In this document: positions 50,081-61,468 of the stretch, in pieces
Numbering within the stretch: position 1 is the stretch's first letter
Layout of the letters: each line of letters opens with the position of its first letter
DNA from: a virus
Direction: 5' to 3' (one strand)
IMG/VR virus record: IMGVR_UViG_3300031521_000015
DNA: 64,000 bases
Notes under the pieces: generated by a model
The model's input: only the letters and a program-made list of their open reading frames with translations
The model's database searches: none
Told to the model about the DNA's origin: nothing
Made by a program: the position numbers and the translations under genes

Positions 50081-50468
50081 TTACCTTATCCCTCAATCTT
50101 TCTTTATATAATTTTACTGCCAATTCATAAATTGTTTTCTCTCCATATTTACTAAGTCTTTTAATACTTGTAGCACATTCAAATAACCTATCAATAAACT
50201 TTTCACTGTTTAGTAATTCTTTTGCTTTTTCAAGCCGTAATTCTTCAAGAAAATCTTCAGCTTCTATTCTCGTTCTAAATATGTATCTCTCACTTGACCT
50301 ATATAGTATATTAAGTCCTCCATTGCAAGCTATTGCTTCACAGGGTTTTGGATAAGCGTCTAACATAAATAGTTCTTTATATACTTCTGACTCAGCATAT
50401 ATACCTATTCCGTCTAAACAAACTCCATATACGTTATCACCTATTTTTAAATCTTCTAATTTAATCAT
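50073..50468 (-). CDS. Hypothetical protein
   Basis: Coupled ORF; probable ATG at MIKLEDL. Confidence 0.45.
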   Translation of the reverse strand: MIKLEDLKIGDNVYGVCLDGIGIYAESEVYKELFMLDAYPKPCEAIACNGGLNILYRSSERYIFRTRIEAEDFLEELRLEKAKELLNSEKFIDRLFECATSIKRLSKYGEKTIYELAVKLYKERLRDKVNE

Positions 50469-50686
50469 TAATCTTCGCACTCCTCATTTATTTTTCTAAT
50501 ACCTTTGTCATTATTTTCTCTAATGAATTCAGTTTTACCACCCAATAATACTGCTCCAGTATAAATTTGACCTTTTAATAAGTAGTCTATCATATCTTCT
50601 ATTTTATTAATAACTTCTTTATGTTCTTCATCATTAGTAAATCCAAAATTTAAACTTAAATTAAAACCTATTATTTCATCATTCAT
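50468..50686 (-). CDS. Hypothetical protein
   Basis: RBS AAAGGA. Confidence 0.45.
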   Translation of the reverse strand: MNDEIIGFNLSLNFGFTNDEEHKEVINKIEDMIDYLLKGQIYTGAVLLGGKTEFIRENNDKGIRKINEECED

Positions 50687-50744
50687 TTTATTATCAATCC
50701 TTTCTATATTTTTTAATTTATTAAAAGCTTATAAATTCCAAGCT

Positions 50745-51035
50745 TTAACTTAACACACTTTCAAACTTCTTTCCATTTTTAGTTATTTCTAATTCATAAT
50801 ATTCACAACTTCTTATATACTTCAAGTACCAATTATATCTTTCATCATTTTTATGTGGGTTACAGACTAAAAATGGAGTATGTAGTGTTATTACTTTTGT
50901 CTCAGTATCTTCGTATAGAATATATAAGTTATCCCACCCATTTCTTATTTTTCCATAACCAGCTCTTTTAATTAGCATTGAATTTTTCACTTCCTTTCTT
51001 ATTACTATACTACCATAACTTTCTAATTTGTTCAA
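50745..51035 (-). CDS. Hypothetical protein
   Basis: Co-directional ORF; probable internal start after AGGAAGTG. Confidence 0.4.
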   Translation of the reverse strand: MNKLESYGSIVIRKEVKNSMLIKRAGYGKIRNGWDNLYILYEDTETKVITLHTPFLVCNPHKNDERYNWYLKYIRSCEYYELEITKNGKKFESVLS

Positions 51036-51070
51036 TGCTTTATATATTAATTTATTAATTATTAATATTG

Positions 51071-52278
51071 TTACATTGCAACTTTATCAGATAAAGTTAA
51101 TCCTCTTTCTTCTAAGTAAGTAACTAAATATTCAGTATCTAATCCGGTTATAATTTCTTCAAAGCTTGTCATTTGTATTTGTTCTAGTGGCTTATTCTTA
51201 CATAGATAAACCAAGTTTCTTACAAATTCTAAAGTAGCTATGAATGTTTCATATTTTAATGTTCCTTTAAACAACCTAAATTCTACGGTATCTTTATGTA
51301 GTAGATTTACTATTTGATATTTAGCATTACTATACATATGCCCATATTCACCTTTGGCTTTCGCAAGTAAAGTAAACAAACTTTCATTATCTTTCATAAA
51401 AAATCGTTCAGCAAATCTACTGCTATCTCTACGGGCTATTACTTTGATATTATCCCAATGCTTTTCAAGTAAATATAAAACCTTTGTAATACATAAATCT
51501 TGTAATGTGGCATCTTCACCAAAGAAATTTCTATTTACATGAACATGTAATCCACAAGTTTTAGTTTCATGTGATTTATAATCTTTATTGCTTAATTCTT
51601 TAAATAAACCTTCATATGGTAGTGACTTGTGATAATTTAAACTACAAGGATGAGTTGTGATTTCCAATCCTTTAGCCAAACTACCATCATGCATTATATA
51701 ACAATTATCTTCGCCTAAATACTCTTGAATAAATTTAGCATTGTCATCAGATTCTCCACCATTGTCAATTTCTAATTCAACTCCCATATATAAATTTACA
51801 CATGTTTCATTATAATCTAATTCAGTATGATGAAAGTTAAATTTTTCTGGAACATAGTTATAATGTTTTATATACTTAGTGGTAGTTGGTGTATAGTTTA
51901 ATCCTGATATAGATGAACCATTAGCCAAGTCAAAAGACATCATTGATGGAGACATATCATGAAAATAAGATCTTCCTGCCTGTCTACCTCTTGTAGTTGT
52001 TAACTCAGGACTTGATGTAACCCATTGAGTTAAATATTCTTGTTGAAAACTTAATTCATTAGTAGTATTTAATGTTGTTAAATCTCCAATTCTTTCGGAG
52101 TTTGAACATATAGGGTCTCTATTCCCTTGCTCTCTACGTTCTTCTCTATTTCTAGGTTCTCTGTTTCAGCATTTCTTCTTAATAATCTATTTAACCTTTC
52201 TTGCCTTTCATCTTGATTGTTTCTTGTCATAGTTTCAGTTTGTCCTAATCTTCCGTTTGGTTGATTATTATTTGGCAT
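51071..52278 (-). pseudogene. Putative amidoligase-family protein with an apparent -1 frameshift near 52165
   Basis: MGVELEI, HDGSL..GLEITTHP, TCGLHVHV, KY..VN, TVEFRLF. The catalytic frame is open upstream to ~52166 and overlaps the RBS-bearing ORF 52078-52278. Confidence 0.6.
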
Positions 52279-52548
52279 AATTATTCACTCCTTTATATTT
52301 ATATTAATTTATTAACTTCACTTAAAATAACGTTTTTATTGGGTTATTATTGGAATATATAACAAATTTCGTACCTATTTAAGCCATTCTTATATGTAGT
52401 TTTTGTGATATCTCACAATTAGATTATTGTTGTGGTTCTTCAAGTGTAAAAATAAGATACAAGATTTAGTAATTTATCCTGTATCTAAATATTACCACTA
52501 TTCTGTTTTATTGTCAATTACTTTCTACATTAATTTGTTATTATATTT

Positions 52549-54780
52549 CTAAGATATTAATAATTCTCTTAACCATGTATCTCTATTAAGATTTTCTTTC
52601 TTTTTAATAGCAGAATTTATAGTAGCAATATTTCCCATCATATAAACTCTTTCTTTTGCTCTTGTTGGTGCTACATATAGTAAATTAGAGTTCATCATAA
52701 AAGTATGTGCTTTGGGTGCTATAACTATTACTTGTTTTGCCGAAGCACCTTGACTTTTATGAATTGAAATACAATATCCTAATTCAATTTGATTTAATTC
52801 TTCTTTTCCATATGTTATTACACAATCATCAAATTGAACATCCATATCGTTATAATTTACATTTATGATAACTCCTGTATTCCCATTAAAAATAGATGTT
52901 TCATTTCCCATCGGAGTTTTTGCTTTATAATTATTAGTTATTTGAATTATCTTATCACCTTTAAAGAATTTCACATCACCTCTTATTAAGAAATAATTCT
53001 TTTTATCTTTTTGAATAAGTTGTTGTATAATTTTATTAATAGCTTTTGTACCATAATCTCCCTTGTTTTGTGATGATAAAACCATAATATCTTGTGGAGT
53101 ATAACCATCGCTTATTAGTTTATTATATATTATTAAAACTTGTTTAGGTATTTTTTCTTGTTGTAGTTCACTATATACAAAATCTTTTTTAGTTCCAAAT
53201 ATATGATTACCTTTAAATGAACTGGGTAAAAATGATTCACTTTCTCTTATCTTAGTTACAACTTGCATAAGACCACCTTCGGAATATCTGAATATCTTTG
53301 TTAAAATAACTGTTGGAACAATTCCACTAGATAATAAATCTTGTGCTACATTTCCACATGATACAGAAGGTAATTGAAATGAATCAAATATAAATAATAT
53401 CTTTGTTTTAGTTATATCAATTGCATCAATCACATGCTTAAATAAGAATATATCCGTCATTGAAAATTCATCAATTATAACAACATCAACGTCCAATTTA
53501 TGTTCTTCATTATATCCCCAAGGATTTTGTCCTTTAATTGGTTTATATTCTAATTGTCTATGTATAGTTCCACATTTTCTATCAGTATAGTCTGCTAAAA
53601 CTTTTGAACTAGCACCAGTTGGTGTCATTAATTTATAAGTTTTATTATTTGATTCTAGCATATTTATTAATGCTTTAGCACTAGCCGACTTTCCACTTCC
53701 TGCTGGAGCTGTAAGAATGCCTATATTATTATTACACATCATATCTAAAGTAGATAATTGTTCATCAGTTATACTAATATCATCAATTTCTCTAAATAAT
53801 TCAGTATTAATATTCCATACTATAGGATTTTCAAGCATATCTTTAACAAAACTAGCAATATACTTTTCAGTATTATAACTTTCTAGTGAAGATATTTGCT
53901 TGGTTTCTAAATCAACATAAATATCTTCACTATTTTCTTTAATAACTTGTACAAATAAACTAATACACCCTGGAACTAATTTACCACATTGTTGTCTCAC
54001 TTCTTTTAATCCTATTTTTGTATTTCCACTAGATTCATTTTCTTCTAATATATAATTTAGACAAGATTTCATTCTTTGAATAGAATATTTTAAATCATAG
54101 TCAAATTTGAACTTAAACTTATCTGGATTATCTATGTTTTGTTGTTCTAGATTTAATAAAATACTATCAGCAGTTTTAAATCCAACTCTTGATAATTTAC
54201 ACAAACATTTATATGGATCTGATTTTAAAGCTTTCTTAATGGTATTTACACTTGTGTATTGTGAGTATAATTTTTTAATAACATTTATATCTATTAGCCC
54301 TCCAAAAACTTCTACTAATTCAATTAAGCAAAAGTTTTCAATGACTTTATTCTTTATTTTATCAAATGTAGGTTCTTTAATTCCTTTTGTTTTTTGCAAA
54401 TCAATATCACTTAAATCATTTTTCACAATCTTATCTATTATATTAGGGTAAACTGATAACAAAACTTCTGATTGTGCTTTAGTTAATATCTCATCTAAGA
54501 AACTTTTTGAACTATTATAATCAGTAGGTTTATCTCTTTTTACTGTCAAAACCTTATATTGGATTCCAAACTTTTTATTTATCTCTGGAACAGCAGTTAT
54601 ATCATATTCTACATCAGGAATTAGATTAGGAGTATTTCCCACTAATATATATTCATTATTTCTATTTCCTTTTAAATCCTTATATACTTGTTTATTAACA
54701 TCTGCTACATATATTTTAAAATCTTCACTATTAAATCTATTTCTTATTATCGTTGCTTTGAATTTTACTTCATTACTCAT
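52549..54780 (-). CDS. recD2: RecD2-like SF1B helicase
   Basis: APAGSGKS, TPTG, TIHR, IDEFSM, QLPSV, IFR, NG..G, YCISIHKSQG, LLYVAPTRAK; N-terminal OB and HhH regions. Confidence 0.9.
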   Translation of the reverse strand: MSNEVKFKATIIRNRFNSEDFKIYVADVNKQVYKDLKGNRNNEYILVGNTPNLIPDVEYDITAVPEINKKFGIQYKVLTVKRDKPTDYNSSKSFLDEILTKAQSEVLLSVYPNIIDKIVKNDLSDIDLQKTKGIKEPTFDKIKNKVIENFCLIELVEVFGGLIDINVIKKLYSQYTSVNTIKKALKSDPYKCLCKLSRVGFKTADSILLNLEQQNIDNPDKFKFKFDYDLKYSIQRMKSCLNYILEENESSGNTKIGLKEVRQQCGKLVPGCISLFVQVIKENSEDIYVDLETKQISSLESYNTEKYIASFVKDMLENPIVWNINTELFREIDDISITDEQLSTLDMMCNNNIGILTAPAGSGKSASAKALINMLESNNKTYKLMTPTGASSKVLADYTDRKCGTIHRQLEYKPIKGQNPWGYNEEHKLDVDVVIIDEFSMTDIFLFKHVIDAIDITKTKILFIFDSFQLPSVSCGNVAQDLLSSGIVPTVILTKIFRYSEGGLMQVVTKIRESESFLPSSFKGNHIFGTKKDFVYSELQQEKIPKQVLIIYNKLISDGYTPQDIMVLSSQNKGDYGTKAINKIIQQLIQKDKKNYFLIRGDVKFFKGDKIIQITNNYKAKTPMGNETSIFNGNTGVIINVNYNDMDVQFDDCVITYGKEELNQIELGYCISIHKSQGASAKQVIVIAPKAHTFMMNSNLLYVAPTRAKERVYMMGNIATINSAIKKKENLNRDTWLRELLIS

Positions 54781-54805
54781 TTAATCACATTCCTTTTTAT
54801 TTTAT

Positions 54806-57800
54806 TTAATAACATACCCATGAGTCTATACAAAGATTAAATTCATTAGGCACAACTTTCCAATTTCCGTTATCATCTTTATGCTTTTTAGGCTTTTTAG
54901 ATTCACTAGTTATTTGCACAATATCCTTTTCCTCAATTGGATTATCATAAAAATATAAGAAATCAGATAGTTTATATTTTATTAAATCATTTGTATGTAA
55001 ATCGTACATTGTTAGATATCTTGTTATTGACTTCTTATTTTTAAATTCATCTATTTTTATAACATAATATAAACTATCATTTTCTACTTTTGTTATCGGA
55101 TATCCCAAATACTCTATTTCGGCAGATATTTTTTCTTTTAAAGGTACGTCTTTGTTTTCTATATTTTCTATGAGTTCATTTATCAAAGATTCAACATCAA
55201 CTTCTTTAAATATCTTTTCTGTTTCTTTTTTAGCATATCTTTTTATAATATCCTCTGTTAGTCCCATTGTTATTAAATCAACTTTTTTGAATTGTTTTCT
55301 GCTACTTAAATCAGTGTATTTGTTATATACTTCTAATAACTTTTTAGATTTACCGAATTCGGTAAAATAATCTAATAAAATCAAAGCTGTTAATTGTCTT
55401 GAATTTATATCTACTTTTTCTTTTATATCTTTTAATAAATCTATAAAAGTATTATAGGCATTGTTTTTTAATTCATATAATTGATTTGCACATGTTTCAT
55501 TTAAATATTTAATTGATCCAACACCTTTATAAATTGTATTTGTTTCTTTATCACACATGTATTCACCTTTAGAATATCTAAACTTAGGATTTTGTATATT
55601 TATATTTTTAGCTTTAGCAAGGGCTATTCCATTATCTATATCAGCTTGGTCTTCAGCATTATTTAAATATGCAGTAGTATACTCTAATGGATAATAATAT
55701 CTTAGTCTTGCACACATATAACCATTCATTGAATATCCTGTGCTATGATTATATCCAAATTGATATTCCGAGGAATCTGAAATTATTTGTATAAACTGTT
55801 TTGCTTCTTTTTCAGCTATTTCTCTTGGTTGATCTGATTTATTACAATAACCTTCTAATATTTTTGGGAGTTGTTCTTTTAGTAATTCTAAGTCTTTTTT
55901 TCCTATAGCTCTTCTTGTAGTATCGGCTAAAGAACCACTAAAGCCACATATTTCTTGTAAAAATGCAATCGAATCTTCTTGAAATACCAAAAATCCTTTA
56001 TTAGCCTCTAATAACTTATCTATTATTTCAGATGGATTTTTATTAAATTCCCCACTAATTAATCTATTTCTATAAGACTTTCCTGATGGTCTAAGACTTG
56101 CATTTACTAATGACATATCGTTTATTGCATGTGGTTTAAATTTAGATAATAAATCAAATGCATAATCTCCTTCGAATTGAAATATTCCAGCATTACTAAT
56201 TAACATATCACTCCACACATTATCATCGTCCCAATTAATTTCATGTGCTTCTTCCCATTTTTTATTTAATAATTTATATGTATCTTGAATTACACCTATA
56301 GTTTTCAGTCCTAATATATCAAACTTTACATAATTCAATGAATCTACTGCCTTCATAGCACAAAATGAAACAGGAAAATCTTCATCTCCTCCTTTATAAA
56401 ATACACCCATATTATCAAATAGAGTTATTGGACTACCTATCATTCCAGAAGGATGATTTCCTTTGGCTATAACTGTTCCTTTTATTCCATCAAAGTAATA
56501 GAATAATTCTTTATTATCTTCTCTTAATGTATCCCATAACGTTTTTAATTCTTTAACTCTTTTTAACTTTTCTTTATTTCTAATTACATTTATATATAAT
56601 TTGTAATCATCAAAATTAGGTGATTTAGAAGTTGCGTTGTCTAATTCTTCCAAGTTAACTTCTTCTTGTATTATTTTAGAATACTCATCGAAGATATTAT
56701 CAAATTCATTTTTAATCTGTTTAACTAAATCTAAGTCTTTATAATTTAATCCTTTGGCTAATACATCAATACTACCTCTATCTTGAATAGTACTAAGTGA
56801 TAATATATATGATACATTCTTATTTCCAAATCTTTCTATGATATACTTATATACTTTTATTCTATCTTTTGGAGCAAAGTCTTCATCAATCCTTGATACC
56901 GTTAGTTTCCTAATACTTTAACACTCAATTAAGAGTCGGAGTAGACTATATCTTCATCCTATATAAATAGGAGTTCGGCACTACGGATTTGGACTTTCAC
57001 CATGCTTTAATCCTCTTAGAGTTGTATTCCAACTCATTTTAGTCGTTTGACCTTCAAGTAGATTTCTCTACAAGCTTGGCACAGGATTACCATCGTCTTT
57101 ACGTTAAGGCTTCCCCTGTTAGCATAATCATTAATACTCATTTCCTAGCATTACTATTCGTTGATTATACACCTTATACTTATAAGTTCACCGAATTTTT
57201 TATACTATACATTACTGTATAGGGTGACTATCAATGTGTTCTTTTAATTCTAAATAAATATGATACTTTCTATTTAAATAAATATTTGAGTCCTTGTATA
57301 TAAAATCTAAAAATCTAAACGAATTATAATTTCCACCAAATTTAAAATTACTAACTATTTGTTCAGATTTTCTTTTATTCAAAGGATATTCTCTTAATAT
57401 AGCATTATTATCTAATAAATACTTCATAATAAACTGCAACAAGTCATTAGTTCCAACGAAACCAATATTTACTTGTGTATTACTATCTTGTTTCCAAATA
57501 CTTCCGTCTCCGTCGAAATATCCTCTAATAAAATCTTTTATATATTTATAAGGAATTGTATTAGGAGATGTTATTATATCAGTTTTATTTTCATATACAC
57601 CATGTTTTATTAAATCATTTGTTAATTTCTTACTTACATATATAACTCTACAATATTTATTTCCTATCCCAAATCCAGCAGTTTCTATATATTTATTTAC
57701 TGGTGTATTGCTATTTAAACAATAATTTAGTTTTTGCAAATGACTTTCGTCTTTAATACCTAAAGAAATTCCTAAACTTCTATTAGCGTGTTTTCTTTTA

Positions 57801-59430
57801 GATGTTATAAAGCCATCAGCATATACAAAACCTAACCAATATGCTTTATCTTCGGTATCTATGTTTTCAAAGTAGTTTTCATTAAAACTGTATTGTTTAG
57901 AATTAACACTATTATCTCTTAAGGGTAAATCAAGTTTATTAAACCATCTATATAAATATCCTTTACTTAATTCATATTTTTCTTCTAATTTTAAAGCAGA
58001 AGTCCCATTAATATATTCATTATAATATATATCAATAATTGTTTCCTTGGAAATTTTCATTTTATACTCTTGATTCATAATTCTCACCTCCTTTATTTTA
58101 ATTTATTATATCATATTTATTTATTATTTAGAACTATTTTGTTATTTTAATCACCAAGACTTATTCTATCTGCATTACAAAATCTTGAAAATACTGTGTG
58201 CCACTTAATAGGATCTACAGTAATTATATCAGTTATATATGCTATAATGCTTCCTCCTACGCTTCCCCTACATGGGCTAGAATGTATATCACTATTTCTA
58301 GCCCACTCCATAAGTTCTGACATAAACATCATAAAACTTTCCATTCCTAACTTAGACATTACATCAAATTCTTCTAATATTGCTTTTTTGTATTCTTCTA
58401 ATTTAGAAACATCTATAATATTGCGTTCCTTTTTATCTTTTAACATTTTAAATATTCTATTTTTCCATAATAATTTTGAATTATTACCATATAAATTTGG
58501 GTATTTAAATGTTTTATCTAATGTAAACTCTTCTACCATATTAGATAAAACATTTGTATTATTAATTGCTTCAAGTACAACTTCTAATGGTAAGGAATTT
58601 TGTATTTTAAATGATTCTACTAATTCATCATATGTTTTCCATATTAAATCAAACTCATCTTCTTCTCCATAAAAACTATCTTTAGCTTTTTGTAAAACTG
58701 TTCTACATTCGGCTTTATATTTATTAGATGAATGAGTATCTGTTCCACTTATTAGTGGTATATTATATAATTTAGACCATTCATATAATTGACTATTAAA
58801 TTCTATTTGACTATTACAATTATGATATTGAATCTCTAAAAAACATCTATCATTGTGTTTAGATAACCATTGTAATAATTCATCTCTTTTTTGTAAATTA
58901 TATTCATATTGTTTTCTACCTTCTTCGGTTTCATTACCTTCTACGTCATTTAATATATCTTTATTGCCTAATTTACATAGTGGAGAAGCTAAACAAGCAG
59001 TAGTAATTATAATATTATCACTTGTATTCATGAGTTCTTCAAATGATATTCTAGGATTATAATACATGTGTCTATCTGATTTATCCTCTTTTACTCCTTT
59101 TGAAGTCGCCATTGACATAAGAGTATTTAGTTCTTTAACTCCTTCCCAATTCTTTCCATACAATCCTATATGATATCCTCTAGTATTGTCCTGAAGATTA
59201 ATACATAAATACAATTCAACTCCATGTATATATTTAATTCCATTTTTATCACAGTATTGTTTCTTTTTAATCCAATCATATATACCACCATGATTACTGA
59301 ATGCTATTGCTTTCATTCCACATTTTTTTGCTAATTTAATATATTCTTCATATTTAGTACATGAATCAGCATATCCATTACAGTTAGATGTGTCATCATG
59401 TAAATGATGTACAATGTAGTTTTCTTCCAT
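54806..59430 (-). CDS. dnaE: DNA polymerase III alpha subunit split by a group I intron (exon 1 59430-58150, exon 2 56890-54806; ~1121 aa)
   Basis: PHP domain (HHLHD, NHG, GVE, TDTH); RGSVGGS; spliced LGD|IDEDF catalytic motif; HPSG, KFDILGL, GIFQF, FGYNHSTGY. Confidence 0.92.
56891..58149 (-). mobile_element. Group I intron in dnaE
   Basis: Exon ends ...GGUGAU, pairing with IGS GUCACC (57223-57228); terminal G at 56891. Core motifs CAGGGGAAGCC, AAUCCUGUGCCAAG, AACGACUA and AAGAUAUAGUC. Confidence 0.88.
57212..58087 (-). CDS. Intron-encoded LAGLIDADG homing endonuclease
   Basis: AYWLGFVYADG and FIRGYFDGDG motifs; C-terminal IYLNRK. Confidence 0.9.
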   Translation of the reverse strand: MRIMNQEYKMKISKETIIDIYYNEYINGTSALKLEEKYELSKGYLYRWFNKLDLPLRDNSVNSKQYSFNENYFENIDTEDKAYWLGFVYADGFITSKRKHANRSLGISLGIKDESHLQKLNYCLNSNTPVNKYIETAGFGIGNKYCRVIYVSKKLTNDLIKHGVYENKTDIITSPNTIPYKYIKDFIRGYFDGDGSIWKQDSNTQVNIGFVGTNDLLQFIMKYLLDNNAILREYPLNKRKSEQIVSNFKFGGNYNSFRFLDFIYKDSNIYLNRKYHIYLELKEHIDSHPIQ

Positions 59431-59461
59431 AAAATTTCACCACTCTCTTTTATAAAATTTT

Positions 59462-60223
59462 TTAATCTGTCATTTCAACTTTATAATTTATCATTGCATT
59501 ATATAAATTGTTTGGTATTTTGCCCTTATAATCATTAGCAACTTTTTTAATATAATTCTCTTTAGCTATTTTATAAGCATTAAATGCTTGTTGTGGAGTA
59601 TCAAAAACACCTAAGCTTATTCTTAGTTTGATGTCTTTTGTATTTTTATTTAATCTTGCTTGATATCCATTGTTTCTTTCAGTAACACCAATAGGATATT
59701 TTCCTCTAACTTTATCGTTTTTTACAAATAAATTATTTATTGATCTAGGAACAAATACACAATTCTTTGGACTATATATTTTATTTCCCTTAATTAGTAT
59801 GTCTTTGTCTATTTGCATAACTTCATTTTCTATTTCATAGTAATTTTCATCAAACCATTTTCCAAATGATTGATAATTATGCCACTCTTCGCAAACAAAA
59901 CAATCTATATAAGTATTTTCTTTTTTATGATAGTCTTCGTTATAACACCTATAAAACATAGACATCCAATATTTATATTGAATAGTTAATTTATTATTAA
60001 TACTTGGTTTATATTTGCCTTCTCCTATATATCCAACTCCTTGTGTTTCTCTAAAGTAAGGATTCTTAATAGAACCTTTTTGAAAAAGTACATATTGGCT
60101 TTCGCAAGCATAATCATCTTCAAACTTTACTGTAATATCATCATTCCTTCTATATTCAATTATTTTCATTTTTAATCCTTGTTTATTTATACTATTTTCT
60201 CCAATTCTATTAGTTTTTCTCAT
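59462..60223 (-). CDS. Free-standing HNH-type homing endonuclease with AP2-like C-terminus
   Basis: W.SM..RCY, VCEEW...F..WF, IDKDIL..GNKIYSP..C.FVP..IN, LG.F.T...AF.AY. Confidence 0.75.
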   Translation of the reverse strand: MRKTNRIGENSINKQGLKMKIIEYRRNDDITVKFEDDYACESQYVLFQKGSIKNPYFRETQGVGYIGEGKYKPSINNKLTIQYKYWMSMFYRCYNEDYHKKENTYIDCFVCEEWHNYQSFGKWFDENYYEIENEVMQIDKDILIKGNKIYSPKNCVFVPRSINNLFVKNDKVRGKYPIGVTERNNGYQARLNKNTKDIKLRISLGVFDTPQQAFNAYKIAKENYIKKVANDYKGKIPNNLYNAMINYKVEMTD

Positions 60224-60241
60224 ATTTAAACAACCTCTTTC

Positions 60242-61468
60242 TTACAAATCATTTAACCAATCTAAGCCGTCACCTATTTCTTCTTTATCAAAGCTATCTT
60301 CTACAAACATATTAACGTCCTTTAAGTATTCATCAAAAGGTTTGTGCTGTTGTCTTGTATAAGGCATTAGATTATAGTAGTAATATTCTTTACTTGCATC
60401 AATTTCACTCCAAAACATTTCATCTATTTCTTGATTTAACTCTTTAATTTGTTGTTTATCTTTTATTTTGTCTAAACTTTCTAATGTTTTTAATATATCT
60501 TTAGTCTTAGCAGTTTTAATTTCTATATCTTCTAAAGTATTGATTATATTATCTTTTAAATCATCTATCATTTCTTGTGTTAATTCTAAGTAAACATAAC
60601 AATCTTCCATTCTAAATCTATCTTGTATATCTTGTGGAAGTGTTTCTAAATTATTATTTTCAATACAAGTTTGCATCATATCTTCAATTTCTAATTCATC
60701 ATACATCTCACTTTTGGTTAACCATTTTTTTATATTCCCTTCACTTTCTTTTACCCATGTTGCTCTTGAACAATTTTTACTTTTTGTTTTATTCTTTTTT
60801 GTTTCCTTATCAATACTAAACAAGTCACTTTCAATGCTACAATATTTAAGAAAATTCCATCTAATCTTAATCTTTTCTAAAGGGATTCCTTTTTGTATAA
60901 GACTTTCTGAATATAGTATTAATTGTCCACCTTCGGCTATTTTTTTAGCTCCTGTGTAAATAGTTGAAGTTTTAAAATCTTCTATTATGTAATTACCTTC
61001 TGTATCTCTATGTACAAAATCTATATAACCTTGAAAATAGAACTTACCTACTTTAATTGTTACAAACTGTTCTAATACCATTTTACTTTCAATAGGTTTA
61101 TATTGTTGAAAAAACAATCTTATATTATTTTCATATTTATCTGCTATCTTTTTATTTGCTTCTTCGTCAATTCTATTATATTTTAATTCCATTGCATTCA
61201 TTTCAAACAATTTTTCTTCATATTCATTTAGCATATCTTCATATTTTAATTCACCTAGATAATAACGTTCTATGATATCGTGGCATACATTACCTGAAAC
61301 TCCATATATACCATCCTTTTTTACTTCTTTCTCGTGTTTTATATATTTTAATAAATAACTATAACTATCATTACAGTAAGAATGATATCTTGACCATGAA
61401 TAAATTATATCTACTCCTAGTTTATTTTTTAATTTATTTAAATACTCTTTTGATTTTCTTTCTCCCAT
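60242..61468 (-). CDS. PD-(D/E)xK exonuclease
   Basis: YSWSR, G...HDIIE, LEQF...FQGYIDF...IEDFKTS...QL.LY. Confidence 0.75.
   Translation of the reverse strand: MGERKSKEYLNKLKNKLGVDIIYSWSRYHSYCNDSYSYLLKYIKHEKEVKKDGIYGVSGNVCHDIIERYYLGELKYEDMLNEYEEKLFEMNAMELKYNRIDEEANKKIADKYENNIRLFFQQYKPIESKMVLEQFVTIKVGKFYFQGYIDFVHRDTEGNYIIEDFKTSTIYTGAKKIAEGGQLILYSESLIQKGIPLEKIKIRWNFLKYCSIESDLFSIDKETKKNKTKSKNCSRATWVKESEGNIKKWLTKSEMYDELEIEDMMQTCIENNNLETLPQDIQDRFRMEDCYVYLELTQEMIDDLKDNIINTLEDIEIKTAKTKDILKTLESLDKIKDKQQIKELNQEIDEMFWSEIDASKEYYYYNLMPYTRQQHKPFDEYLKDVNMFVEDSFDKEEIGDGLDWLNDL

Noticed and set aside
54806-59430. Split intein or two-gene DnaE
   Set aside because: No intein terminal residues; the intervening DNA has group I intron hallmarks and splicing restores the catalytic motif.
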